Source of the DNA: Paraphysomonas bandaiensis
Taxonomy: Eukaryota > Protista > Chrysophyceae
DNA: 64,000 nt
Direction: 5' to 3'
Assembly (NCBI GenBank): GCA_965644295.1
Contig: CBFFRP010000645.1
Span: forward strand, 131,326-195,325
The translations under genes and the position numbers were made by a program. The notes below the pieces were generated by a model, which was given only the letters and a program-made list of their open reading frames with translations, was not told the origin of the DNA and ran no database searches. This document shows, one piece after another, positions 1-13,617 of this stretch (position 1 is its first letter; the number at the start of each line of letters is the position of its first letter).

Positions 1-782
1 TATGTATCCGCATTTTGAAAATTTTGTTGGTTTAGATTGTTAAAGAAAAATGTCGTTAGACTAGATAGATACGATTACATTGCATACATAATTGTGCGTT
101 GTGATAGAAGATATATCAACAACATAATTGTATGTATCTTTCGTGTCAACCGCTGATCTACTTCCGTATCTTGATAATTCACGATACCTTAGTTTTACAG
201 GTATAGCTACGTATTACAGTTTTTCACATTGACGTTTTCTACAGTTCAATCTTTGAGAAACTTACGTATTCCAATATGACTAGTGCTAAATAAGGTATCT
301 ACACAAGTCTTTAATTGCTGAATAACGATACTAAAATATGGTTACCACACCTATAGTCTATAATAGGGTATAAGGTATTATAAGGGTAACAACAGAGTTT
401 GAGCGTTGAATACACAGTTCCTTATGCAACATCATTACTTTCATTATAATGTTATGCACAGCTACGACATAGATACACTTACGCAACGACAGACTTTAAA
501 TACTAAATATCATGTTCAATTACTGTACTGCTGGAGCTCTCATTACTCTGTAAATAATACAACTAGCTAGGACTAAGTAATATTATAGTATGTGCGTACG
601 ACACGTGTCCCATTACATACGCCATAAGATTTTTTAGACGACTGTAAATAAATGAACGAGCATTGGCCAGAAATAAAGTTTTACTCAACGCTTGAGATTA
701 AATTATTAATTCACCACTGCGGTGATCAATTATCAATGGCTAGCCGCATGTTGAAGCTACCAGTTGAGTGCATACAGCTGAC

Positions 783-1460
783 TTAATTGATGGTAACCTT
801 GATCATCTTGACGGGGGTAATGGGGTTGTCCTGACGGGTGGGGGTTCTGTTGATATTCATGATGACATCCTGTCCATCAATGATGCGTCCGAACACAGGG
901 TGCTGAGAAGGAGTAGACTTATCAAAGAAGTCAAGGAAGCTGTTGTGTACGGTGTTGATGAAGAACTGAGATCCACCGGAGTTGGGCTGACCAGTGTTAG
1001 CCATGGAGAGAGTCATAGGCTCATTGCTGAGTCTTGGGCATCCAGGGTTTCTGAACTCATCCTCGATGCATCCCTCCCTATTTCTGGTCTTAGTACCAAC
1101 ACCAGGAACCTCATAAGTAGTACCAGGATTGGGTCCACCAGTACCAGCACGTCTAGAAGAAGGATCACGTGAATGAGGGCATCCAAATTGATTCATAAAA
1201 TTAGGGATCACACGATGAAAATGAAGTCCATCATAGAAACCTATCAAATAGATCATCAGATAATATGATTGGATAAGATTAAAAGAGAGATATACTTACC
1301 AGATCTTGCAAGATCAATGAAATTGTATGCAGTAATGGGCATTTGCTCAGTAAAGAGCTCAATAGTAAAGTTGCCTATAGAAAAAACAGATGAATTCAAG
1401 TAATAATGCAAGATTATACATACCCATACTAGTTTCACAAGTAGCAGTAACGTTTGGCAT
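783..1460 (-). CDS. Cyclophilin-type peptidyl-prolyl cis-trans isomerase, 3 exons (1460-1424, 1374-1300, 1240-783)
   Basis: Spliced product [13 protein letters not shown]|NFTIELF...[14 protein letters not shown]|[19 protein letters not shown]...SMANTG...GGSQFFI...HPVFGRI; GT-AG introns keep the frame. Confidence 0.93.
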
Positions 1461-2084
1461 GATTTTAAAGTTTATTTAAAGATTGTTTAGTGCAATAATA
1501 TGAACTATGAGTTGTGTTAATGTATGTATGTATGCAAAGAACAGTACAATGAAGGTGTCATGCAACTCAGATTCAGATTCCCTTAGATGAATCGTATCTT
1601 GAAGGGATGAATAGTTTTCATTTTTGATATTTGATATACTGCAGAGTACTACAGTGCAGAAGTATGTTTAAAATAGCCTTTCAAAAATACAAAACCCAGG
1701 CTTTTTTACCTAAATACCATACAGTATATATAGAATATACACAGCAGTACTGTATACACTATCGTATATACACACAGTGAGAAAGTGTATATGATATCTA
1801 GATATAGTATACCCTACCCTGTCAACGCATGCTATGTACTCTGTGTATTATAGGTACTGCTATACGCTGGCTGGCTGTATACGCACTTATATGGGGAGTG
1901 TATATACAGTGTACAGCAAGCATAAAGCACAGCACACCATACAGCAGTACCTATACAGTACATGTATACAGTATATAGCACACGTACAGCAGTACATATC
2001 ACTCCTACATATACATACATACACACTCCCTCCCCATATATAACATCAGCATATACCCATATATCCATATATACCAACATACAC

Positions 2085-2861
2085 ATGACAAATAACATCA
2101 ATAATGAAATCAATCAATATAATCATACTCTTTCTATATACAAATCAATAAAAAAAGAACGAGATGATCATCATCGTTCTATATCAGCCTTATTAGCTAT
2201 CCACAATCCATATGCAACCCACTTACATATAAATACATATATATACACACCTGATGCATCAATTAATATACAAGTACCTCAAGATACATTGTTAGGGGTT
2301 GGTGGTATTGTATGGTATAGTAGTGAAGTATTATCTGAGCTTATTAGAGTGTTATTAGATGGGTATATACATACACAGTCTATTGTAGTGGAATTAGGAT
2401 GTGGTGTAGCTCCTTTACCAGCTATAACAACTGCATGTTGTTTTCCATCGACTGTTTATGTGACAGATATGAATGAAATATTAAATTTAACTCAGCAAAC
2501 TATTGAGAAAAATAATATCAAAGATAAGCTGATGGGTTCATTGATACTGGAACCTATCGACTGGAGAGACTCATCCTCGTCTATAGAATCTGCTGATGTA
2601 ATTATAGCATCTGATATTTTATACTCGGAGCAATTGTATGAACCTTTGGTGTCAACAATTGATAGAATGTTTAAAACTGATGGAGGCATTGTCTTGATGA
2701 CATATCAACAAAGAAGTAAAGCATCTGAAGAGCAGTTCTTCCTTTCCCTGTCCCATATTGGTGTGCAGTGTGATATTGTTGATAGTAGGGATATAGGTCC
2801 TTACACAATTATAACAATGATGGGAAAAAGGACTTCAGTTAGTGGTGGTATTTATCTGTAA
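2085..2861 (+). CDS. SAM-dependent protein methyltransferase, family 16 (METTL21/EFM-like)
   Basis: GVGGIVW, VVELGCG (motif I), VYVTD, IDW, DVIIASDILY; start at ATG 2085 chosen because the upstream ORF part is low-complexity. Confidence 0.82.
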   Translation: MTNNINNEINQYNHTLSIYKSIKKERDDHHRSISALLAIHNPYATHLHINTYIYTPDASINIQVPQDTLLGVGGIVWYSSEVLSELIRVLLDGYIHTQSIVVELGCGVAPLPAITTACCFPSTVYVTDMNEILNLTQQTIEKNNIKDKLMGSLILEPIDWRDSSSSIESADVIIASDILYSEQLYEPLVSTIDRMFKTDGGIVLMTYQQRSKASEEQFFLSLSHIGVQCDIVDSRDIGPYTIITMMGKRTSVSGGIYL

Positions 2862-3486
2862 ATATAATCCGCTTCATGCTTCTAATTCTAACTATTAAGA
2901 ATAAAAAATATCTCTGCATCTTAAAATGAGTAGACTTTGGCGATTACATATGGATAAATAGAGAAAGTTGAGAATCGAATTATCATATGGGGTTGTCTGG
3001 TTTTGGAGGTGTACCTTCTTCTCTGAAACTTATATCCCTCCCATTTATTTTTTATTCTCTTAAGCTATTACCGTATCTTCCAGCAATACATTGGCTGTGC
3101 GCTGTGTACTCCATCCTCGGTATTGGGTTATAATCTATTCTATTCTCAGGTTGAGGTCATTCTTTATCTATAGACGATAGCAATAAAACTTGACGAATTA
3201 TATATAAACGTGCAATCTACGAGAGCTAGTTTCCAGGGTTGCGTATTAATAAATAGATTGTGTATATGTGCTCCACCTTTTATTCAACAGGCTATTAATT
3301 TACAGCTCCCACTCTAACACAGGGGAGTTATCATTTTGTTATCTATCACTCGTCAGCCAATGACTCTATACTATAAATATGCCACTACACTGTGCATATA
3401 CCAGATATAAAAATAAAATGAGAATTCCTCTATCGTTGTACTAACAATCAATGAGTATCGTGCTCTATATTATTCCTCTATACTCC

Positions 3487-6438
3487 TCACTTTCGCACCG
3501 GGGATTTCATTACTGGGCTGGCCATATGCATTGTGCCCATGCGCATAGACGTGCGCATGCTCATACGCACACTATTCCTCATGCTCATTCTTGTACTCAT
3601 AGTGCTGCTGATTTTCATAACAGTGTCATAGAAAGTGCGAAACTCGTCAAACCCAACTTTTCCACTAGACTGAAACGACATAGCGTTGAACACATTTTCG
3701 ATATCGTTAAGTTCTTCTTCGATATTTAGAATTAAGTCATCGCTACCTTCGTCCATACATATCGCAGCCTCCTCTTCGAACATAGTGCGGAACATTGCGT
3801 CCATTTCATCTTTCGTAATCACTCCGTCTTGGTTCATGTCGAACTTCAAGAAACACACGAAGGCATCATCAATCTGATCAGATATCGAACACATGGACAT
3901 CAGAGTGAGGATCAGCTCTTGATAAGAAAGGGGTGCGTCAGAGCCGTCGCACAATTTAGAATATATCTCGGCGCTAGCAAGCTCTGGCATGGCATTGTTC
4001 CTAACAAGTTCAGAAAATCCTTCATATGACACAGTATCGCGATGAGTTTTAGCGGAATGAAGTCCCTCCAAGAGTGTTGTTTTCAGAGCCCCAGCACGGA
4101 TACGCGCATAGCTTTCATCTTTGAGAGAGACAATGGCTTCCAGGATCGATTCAGCACGAAGAGTCCGGTCATACTCCTCGTCGTCGTCATCTTGAAGGCT
4201 ACGTAGCATTTTGCGAACGTTTCGCCTTACTGCAAGTTTTTGTATACGCTCAACATATTCGCCGTCAAATTGAGTACCTTGTCGGGTAGTATCCGGGGCT
4301 GCCAGCCACTCGTGCTCAAGAATCTCTGAGCCACATATTCGTTCAGCTGGCTTAAGAGTAAATATGCGGCGTATCAAATCTTTGCACGCATCTGATCGGT
4401 TGTCCCATTGACCGCCAGACATAGGTGAGTACTTTCCTTTTCGAATATTAAAACTAGAAATATTGAAAGGAAGCTTTCCACAAAGCAATGTGTACAAGAC
4501 AACACCAGCTTGCCAGATATCGCTCTTGGCAGAAAATGTGGCTTTCCCCGAAGTCGGAATCGACTCAGGGGCAAAGTAACCAATCGTTCCAGTGGACTGA
4601 CCCTTAAATTCACTCTTACCATCATCAAGAGACACAAGAAGCCCAAAATCGATCAGTTTGATATGCCCGCACGAAGAAATCATAATGTTATCAACCTTTA
4701 AGTCCCTAACACAAAATAAAATTACAATGCAAGCAGCTCAATACTGTCACCATAAATGCAATATCATGCACGAAATAATCATCCACACACCTATGTAGAT
4801 AGCCCCTGTCATGAAGGCTCATCAAGACCGTAATTAGCTCTCTGAACACCCTGCGGATCGTATCCTCCGCAGATGCAGTCGTACTCAAATATGACAGCAA
4901 ATCCGTCTCCAAATGCTCCATAACAATAACTGCAGAAATTTTCAGAGCATGGAACGATGAATCTCACAATAACAATGCACCACGTTCATCAGCCAGATCA
5001 TATCGACTACACAATATACAATATATAGTATCTTGACATATGCTGTAATGTAACTGTAGTAGCAATACTTGTTAATAAATATACCTGGAAAATCTCCCAA
5101 GTAATTCTTATTGGGTAGCATACCCTCCACTGTATCATAGAAAAAGCCTTCCAGCTGAACAAAACCATCTACACCCTTCAACTGAGACATAACATCCACC
5201 TCAGCCTCTAGTATACTAAGCGACTCCGGATTTCGTTTAGAATAACCAAAAAATTTCAAAGCAACTTTCTTTTGTGTAGTCTTCAGAGTAGCAGGGATCA
5301 CAATACCATATCCTCCAGTACCACATATCTCATCCACGTTAATAACATAGTCCTCTGGATTCACCACAAGATGATTAAAACGATCTGGATGTATGGGAGT
5401 TGCAACAGGTTCTGATTTACATGCAGATGTTGGAGAATATACAGATTGTACACTGTATTGATCATGATATGATGAAGTTCTAATATCCTTACAATCAATA
5501 TGTAATTGTGATCTATTTGAATGTACTTCATCTGATATATCAGTGTATTTCATATGATTTGATTGTATATTACAATCATTATCATCTGTATGAGATATCT
5601 GTATATTCGTATGTATATTCCCACAATATTGAAATGCTTGAATCCACATATTCATATGTTGTAAATCAAGTGCTGCAAGTGTTAATCTTTCATCTTCAAA
5701 TGGATTTATAGGACATATGATTTCAAAAGAAAATAATCTTCCGGAACGTTCTTTAGGTACTTGATGTACTGTACAATTTGATACTATAATTGATCCACGT
5801 AGTGAGTATTTTCTATAGGATACATACATAGTATTACATACATAACTTAAGAGAGAATACATATATATATGATACTGCAGTACATTACACAAGATACAGC
5901 AGTACACCATGATACAGCAGTACATAAAGATACATACATTACACAAGATATAGCAGTACACCATGATATAGCAGTACATAAAGATACATACATTACACAT
6001 GATGATACTGCAGTACATTACACATACTATAGCAGTACATATGATACATACATTACACAAGATACAGCAGTACACATGCTATAGCAGTACATACATACCC
6101 GTGATTATGAGCATAATACTGAAGTGTTCCAGTATGAGTGTCCAATTTACAGTATCTGTGTCCCCATCTATATATAGAGAGAGTGTGTGTATTTATATAT
6201 AGGAATATACGTATATAATATTCACTTACGGTTTAATAAAAGATACACTTTTTCCTCTACCTCGTTTATATAAATACCCTTCAACTATCCTCTGTATTGG
6301 CGTATCTATAGGTAATGAAGTCTCTGTAGGATCTGTTGTATGAAATACACTCTGTGGGATAGTAATTGAATTATCATTAACCTCCGCTGTACGAAGAGAT
6401 TTTCGTGTAAATTGAGTAATCTTATCTCGAAATGACAT
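3487..6438 (-). CDS. PH domain + Ser/Thr kinase + EF-hand (CDPK-like) protein, multi-exon
   Basis: PH: VEGYLYKRG...LRGSIIV...FSFEI...LAA...WIQAF; kinase: GTGGYG, VALK, HR|DLKVDN split by an intron, DFG, GTIGYFAPE, DIWQAG; EF-hand DMNQDGVITKDE plus degenerate EF-hands. Confidence 0.85.
5870..6095. repeat. Intronic diverged tandem repeat (~54-bp units, gatacagcagtac core)
   Basis: Recurring gat(a/t)cagcagtaca...gatacatacattacac blocks inside the PH-domain intron. Confidence 0.75.
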
Positions 6439-6615
6439 GAGTAATAATCTGTATATATATCATATATGCATATATGTGAATAGTATAGCAGTCAACTCCT
6501 ATCACACCATGCATATTCCAGCAATAATTGGTGATCAACGGACACATCCAACTATACACTGTACAGCAGAGGTTTACATATAATTCAGTGTTTTTTTGTA
6601 TATTTCTTCTTTATA

Positions 6616-6898
6616 TCATTGAAAAGTCATCGTTTTTTCATTAAAAAGTCACTTTTTTCACTTTTCACTGAAAAAACGATGACTTTTCAATGAAATAAAT
6701 GCACAACCACCCCCACATCTAAAATCCATGAAATATATAAAAACTCCAACACATCCTATAAAATCGATAACCATACAGTGTCCACCATACAGCAGAATCG
6801 TATATCCCCATTTTTTTTGTTATCTGAAGTTTTCATATATTCAGTGTTTTTTTGTTTATTTCTTGGGGGTTTTATATACTTCATGGATTTTAGATCTG
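6616..6898. repeat. Cluster of inverted repeats upstream of the kinase gene
   Basis: Perfect 25-bp inverted pair 6616-6640 / 6669-6693; imperfect ~33-bp pair ~6718-6750 / ~6863-6896. Confidence 0.7.
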
Positions 6899-8630
6899 TA
6901 TATAGCGGATTTTCATAGTTCACTCACAATATATCACGAATTTTAGATATTTGCTTCCAGATTTTGGTGTACATGTGTATTCTCCTTTAGCTTTTCCTCA
7001 CTTTTTTGATGAAAGTGCGGAATACTCGAATCTGGTACACCAAAATTATAATGGACTTTACCCAAATTCTACAACAGCATTGTGGAGCCCACTCCCATTA
7101 TACAGATAGCCATGTACACAGTACACTAGAGTGTTCATCAGTAAGACTTTCAAGTTCTATAGCACATAAGATTGAAGATATTATCATCTCAATACAATTA
7201 TCAGTTACACACTCAATAGTGTTGCATTCACTTGTATCTGATATAGTAAACTCGTGTTGCTATGTATGTATGTATATATGCACTCTATTAGTACCATACA
7301 TCACCTACTGTATAGTGTAGTATACAGCTGTATATCATCAAGCCAACCTTTCAGTCCAACGACTCTCAATCTCTTTCTATATATATATATACATATGAGG
7401 ATGTGTTTCTCTTTGTTTCACATCTGAACCTCCTCATATTAACATATCCTGATAGACTTTACAGAATATTTCAGATAAAGGGTTGTTGGAAGTAGTATGT
7501 AAGTTTGCTAAAGAGTTGTGAGAGTTTGCTTTCATGTCACAACTTTGTTTATAACTTCGAAATAATTCATCCCCGTATGCGATACATGATACCAGTTGTC
7601 AGATAGGAGTGGACTGTATAGGAGCTGCATATTACCCTATGCAGCTAAGTAGTAGCATACAGTGTATGTGAATTGTGAACAGTAAGCTACTGTATGATAG
7701 TATAGTATTCCATTACTCGATGTGATGACATTATAAATCATAAATGTATACAATGCAATATATGGTATCTTAGAGTAATGTAAGGACATACATACGGCTA
7801 AGGTGTAGTCTGGGCGTACTCCAGTGATAATAAGAACAAATGGAAACATGAGTCACTAATATCACCGATAAGAATCTCTAATAGCATTAAGTTGTATTAC
7901 TCTACTCTACATCGAATTGCTAATTCGTGAAATGTCCAACAATAGAAGAGCATCACTGTTGTATTTGCAAATAGGAGTAAATGTCTTGTAACAGAACGTA
8001 ATGATTACTCAATGCTTTAATTATAATTAGTAACATTGAGATCAGTACCACTTATAATCCATTTGTTGAATTACCTAGTCACACTAAGTTTGGTGTAAAA
8101 TCCTAATCATAGTAATACATAATTCAATATCATCTAGTAGTTAAAGTCAAATTATTAGCAATAGGCGTTTAAGAATCAAAACTAATATAGGAGTGCAATT
8201 TAACAATTTAAGTAACTTGTGCTTAACTTTGATATCCTACTACTGCTTGTGCGTCACCGCAAGCACCAAAGTGCAACCTGATATCTTTTGAGTTCTCAGC
8301 GTTGATACAGTTGTGCCAGTCGTGACACCTTCTTGCGTTGCGCAGTCGCATCAAAACCAGTTATGAGTAGGGTCACTTCAGTACTATATTCTGTGTCTTG
8401 TACCTTATTATTGGTTCGGAGTGTTTTGTGTTATTGCCAACCATGACTATAATGTGGTTGTAAGGTATAAAACCGACTGTAATGTAAACAACACCAAATT
8501 GCTACACCTATGTCTTATTTCTTATTACAACACTGCAACCCAACAAAATCTGATTCGATGATCGAACTATAAAATATCAACATAATCCAGTTTCTTGTGA
8601 TAGGCCGCTTCTACATTACATGCAGTCAGC

Positions 8631-10880
8631 TCATGCGCTCTGAGGAGGGTTATGCCTCTGGCTGCGTGACTGACGTCCCCCGCCTCTTCCACCTCGCCTG
8701 CTGTGACCCCCTCTGTCACCTTTCTTTCCCCCGTCAGATTGGTCTGATAAAATGCAACCAATTACATAAACATCACGACCAGAAAAATTCATGCTAAGGC
8801 AGCAGTGCACAGTGACAATAGAAAAACAACTGACCTATTCCCGATCCCCCCGAGGTACCAGAGTCTTCATTTTGCTGTTGCCTTTTATTGGGTGGTGGTC
8901 TGGCCTTCTTGGGTCTGCGGGGAGCTGATTTTTGGGATGAATTGTCACTTCCGGCCCCTGGCTTTGCTGCTGTATCAGACCCACTCGGCAGTTTAGACTC
9001 AGACTTCGTGTCCAATGAACCTCCATCTTCAGCCTGAGGTTTCTTCAGTAGCATCTTGACAACGCGGGCACCTGATGCAGGCTCCGAACCGTCATCTCGT
9101 TTCTACATTAACATAGGTCAGCTCAACAATTGATTTAAGAGAAATACCAAACAGCAACACCATTTCTATTTCGAAAGAGCATATTACCTTGAGAAGAACT
9201 GTAGGTTTGGACACACCTCCGGCAGTAGAGTCTGTATATCAAGAATTCAAGTATCAGCAATATAATGACACCAGTCAACGAACCGAGAAGGCAAAATAGG
9301 TGTGACACAACGCAACGGCAAAATAACGATAAAAGTGCACAGCTCACCTTTCCCTTTGCTGGATCCTTTCTTTTCATTAGATGATTTCGATTTCGCCCCA
9401 GAACCCTTCGATTGGGCTCTAAGTGACTTCTTCTTTTCAAAAGCCGCTCGATTCTCCGCCTGTTTCTTCCTAGCTTTTTCTTTCAGGAACTGTAGCAGGG
9501 GGTTGAACTGTACATCGAAAACATTTAAAACTACAGTTTAAACCACTGTCACACCACTTTCTGTGGATCTGGACATCACAAAGGAAACAATACTGTGTCA
9601 ATACTCAAGGCATATCAAGTCAGTTATCAACACATCAAGGCCGAAGCACATATTAGAGAATATACCCTACCTTTGCAGGATCGTGCTTCTCAGCCTTTTT
9701 CCCCTCAGCAGTGGCTGCTAATTTCTCTCGTTGGTCAAGTTGAACCTCTGCGCTGGGCACAGTCGTTGGAGGAGCCTTCATTCGCTCGCAAAACGCCGCA
9801 AAGTCAGAATCAGACGACACAGTTCCATTAAGTCTATCTATCCGACCCTGAACACACAAATAGTCATTAAAGGCATATCAGTAAAACTTTCGAAATAAGT
9901 AATCGTATAACTACCCATACAGAATACATTATTCTAGGTAGCAGCATACATGCCGACTGAGTAATGGAGGTGATAGTACATACAGTGAGTTCATATGAAG
10001 ATAAATATAACATTCGATTTACACAGTACCTTGGCTTTGTATCGCTTCTGATAAGGAGCTAAGGAAACTATCGGTTGGGCATCTTCTACATCGCCTATTA
10101 TTCACATTAGGGGGTTATATCACCACAATATATTACATCACCATAATAAATATATCACCATAGCATATTATAAAACACCAGCGATATATAACTATAGGGG
10201 TATATATAGCTAAAATATAACTACAAAATTACTATATAACTATAGAGGTATATGTAACTATATAACTATAGGGTTATATAACTATATGAAATATACTACA
10301 TACAATATAACTATAGGGGTAACATAACTACAGGGTAATACGACTATATAGCTATAGGGGTATACATAACACATATATAACTATATGTATATATAACTAG
10401 AGGGGTATATATAGCTATAGGGGTACATTATATAACAGATCTACAGTAGTTTACCTGGTAAAAACTGCACACGTGATGGACAATCTCGCATAAAAGTAAC
10501 CAATGCATCATCATTATCAATACTAATAAATCCTGCAGCACTAATCGGTCCTCTTTTACGACTATATTAATACAAATTTGTAATATTTTTTTATAAGACA
10601 AAAATTAAAATTTTACATACCTTAATTTTCCAGGCATAAAATGTAATATTTGTACATTCTCTGATGGAATATTTAATGACAAAATTACATTATTTAAACA
10701 TTCTTTAAAATTATTTTCAGTAAAATTATTTGATGGAAGTTTACGTATAATAATTTTATAAAATTTCTTTTTAATTTCTTCTTTGGATTTTATATTCCGT
10801 TTTCTTGGAAATTTATTTCCTTTCTTTCCTTTATTTCCATCCTCAGTTTTTTCATTCATAGATATATGCTCTTCTGTCAT
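8631..10880 (-). CDS. UPF3: Nonsense-mediated decay factor UPF3 (Smg-4/UPF3 family), multi-exon
   Basis: KIIIRKLP...HFMPGK, VSLAPYQK, DRLNGTVSSDSDFAAF, PLLQFLKEK, Lys-rich region and RGG-rich last exon ending ...NPPQSA* at 8631; internal exon edges partly inferred. Confidence 0.78.
10180..10432. repeat. Intronic diverged minisatellite (tataactatagggg)
   Basis: Repeated ataactatag(g)gg motifs inside a UPF3 intron. Confidence 0.7.
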
Positions 10881-10963
10881 TGTAATATATGAATATGTAT
10901 GTATAGGGAATGGAAGAGAAGTGAGAGTACGTGAATTGAATGAAGTGTAATGAAGAATGAAGT

Positions 10964-11578
10964 GTATGTATGTATGTATGTATGTATGTATGTATGTATG
11001 TATGTATGTATGTATGTATGTATGTATGTATGTATGTATGTATGTATGTATGTATGTATGTATGTATGTATGTATGTCTGTATGTATGTATGTATGTATG
11101 TATGTATGTATGTATGTATGTATGTATGTATGTATGTATGTATGTATGTATGTATGTATGTATGTCTGTATGTATGTATGTATGTACATGTATGTATGTA
11201 TGTATGTATGTATGTATGTATGTATGTATGTATGTATGTATGTATGTATGTATGTATGTATGTATGTATGTATGTATGTATGTATGTATGTATGTATGTA
11301 TGTATGTATGTATGTATGTATGTATGTATGTATGTATGTATGTATGTATGTATGTATGTATGTATGTATGTATGTATGTATGTATGTATGTATGTATGTA
11401 TGTATGTATGTATGTATGTATGTATGTATGTATGTATGTATGTATGTATATATGTATGTATGTATGTACTGTATGTATGTATGTATGTATGTATGTATGT
11501 ATGTATGTATGTATGTATGTATGTATGTATGTATGTATGTATGTATGTATGTATGTATGTATGTATGTATGTACATAT
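10964..11578. repeat. (TATG)n microsatellite, ~610 bp
   Basis: Near-perfect tetranucleotide run. Confidence 0.99.
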
Positions 11579-13617
11579 GTAGGGTTTTATTGGAAATTTA
11601 TGGGGTATATATGCAATACAGAGTTTTTTGTAGAAGAAATGGTGTTATTTGCAGGTGTGTGGTGTTTATCACTACTCTGCAGTTGTTGTGTTGTACACAG
11701 GAGTTGTACTCTGCTGTATACCCATCAACTGCTGCATATGATATGACATGGTTTATATTGATCAGATAATACATATAGGTATACAGAAAATACAGAGAAT
11801 TCACAGCAAGGCACATACACGTCTCGGCGCATAGCTAACTCTACTATGCATCACTGCATCACATGAGCTCCTTAGTATATACGACAAGATGCTATTCCAG
11901 CATATCAGTCTTCATTATCAAGATAGAAATCTATATCCCTCTTCATTATTATTTCAATAATATGATTGTTTGATGTGTACTGTATATAGGACAGTGGAGT
12001 TTCTAATGTCCCATAAGGACATAGAAACTGTAATTGATTGAATTAATACAGATCAAATACATGTTCTTCGAAACACAAGAAATAGCAGCTGATTTTCATC
12101 ATTAAATCGATTAAGGTATTCATCAGGGGGTTTTGTTCAGGTTTCCATTCGGATAACTCCGTTCAATCACGCCTCTAAAGTCAGGAAGGGTCCGCGTATG
12201 AGTCTATCGTGATGCTCACTTGATTATTAACTAACTGAAGTATCATCACTATTATACAGAGTATCTGTTATGAGTACAGCTTCTATGGATATCAGAAGTC
12301 GCAGTAAATTAAACTTGGTGAGATCATCTTGTTAATTCATCCATCATATGGAAAATGTTGCATATCTATGGGCCCCTTGCTTAATAGATCTACTTGGGCA
12401 CGTTGACTATACGTAAAAGTTATTATGGGCTTTAAGTTCTGCAGTTTCCCACACTTTTTCTTTTGAAGAACGTACTTGCGAAACTTGCAAAATGTTTGAC
12501 ACAGAACCCTCATGATACCAGATCAACTGCCGATGACATTCCACTTGTTTGACACGCGAAAGTAATTCATACAATGATAGGTATTGACCTGATAGTAGTA
12601 TTGCTTTTACATTGAGCGATAATCATGAGCTATATCTTATTGTGGTTGTGGGGGTGGAATGAGAAAAGAACACTTTGCATTGGCTGGATATACCACTTCA
12701 TCGACTGGTTAATTTTCTCAGGGGTCGTAACATGTATATATGTATATTGCAGCATATGTATATATATGACTGCATATGTGTATATATATTACTGTGTCTA
12801 TCCCAACCTCTTCTCAGAGATCAGTTCCACACTGATATATGACATGACTGTATTGTTTCCCATAACGTTACAATATATTGCAACAGTGTAATACACGCAG
12901 TAATATAGTCGTGTATAATACATCTATTAGTATGTATTTGGACCGTAGTATAAGTATAGTAGTATAGTAATATAGATGTTGGGCTTCAATACTACTAATC
13001 ATTTGTGAAATATTGTCCCTGGCTCTGTGGAGCGGATAATAGGAGAATTATTAACCTGGATTAACTTCTTATGTTATACTCGCAATCCCTTTCTTCTGTA
13101 GCCATCATTGTAGTTATATCAGTGACAGAAACGGTTCTAGACACCTGACCAATGACCAACAGGTAGCTACATTATGTCATTATATTCTCTCACTTTGGTG
13201 TATAGTGTATATTGATTAGGCTTTGAAGTATGGCTTATCTATTATTAAACGTCGGTAACATAAAATACAGTAAACTATTCTCTCATCACCTGCAAAGGCT
13301 TGATACATATTGATTTTAGTTAGCTCGAATCTATTGAGGCTTTTTAGCTATAGTAGAGGCACAGCGAATTGGCTGTTCTTTTGTTATGCATCTTTAAAAA
13401 ATATTCCGTGTTAAATTAGTTTCAGCTTAGTCAAATACAATGTTAATTAAGTGTGAAAAATTCAACAGTTAGAGAAATAGGCAGACTTCTGCACAAAAAA
13501 TATCTAAACGAATACACCCATTTACAAAATGTTGTTGTTATCTACTGCACACCTGTACACTGGCCACAAAACAGCCCCAAATTCGTAAGACGAAAGAAAA
13601 TATAACGCGAAAGTATT

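Noticed and set aside
768-1172. 134-aa plus-strand ORF
   Set aside because: Antisense shadow of the cyclophilin exon
8567-8761. 64-aa ORF as the last UPF3 exon
   Set aside because: Splice phase favours the alternative RGG-rich frame ending at 8631
10950-11769. MYVC / YIHT repeat ORFs (also 28920-29544)
   Set aside because: Stop-free translations of (TATG)n microsatellites
11820-13600. Possible gene or ncRNA in this intergenic stretch (also 7000-8500 and 29550-30600)
   Set aside because: No recognisable protein motif or RNA structure that I could support by eye
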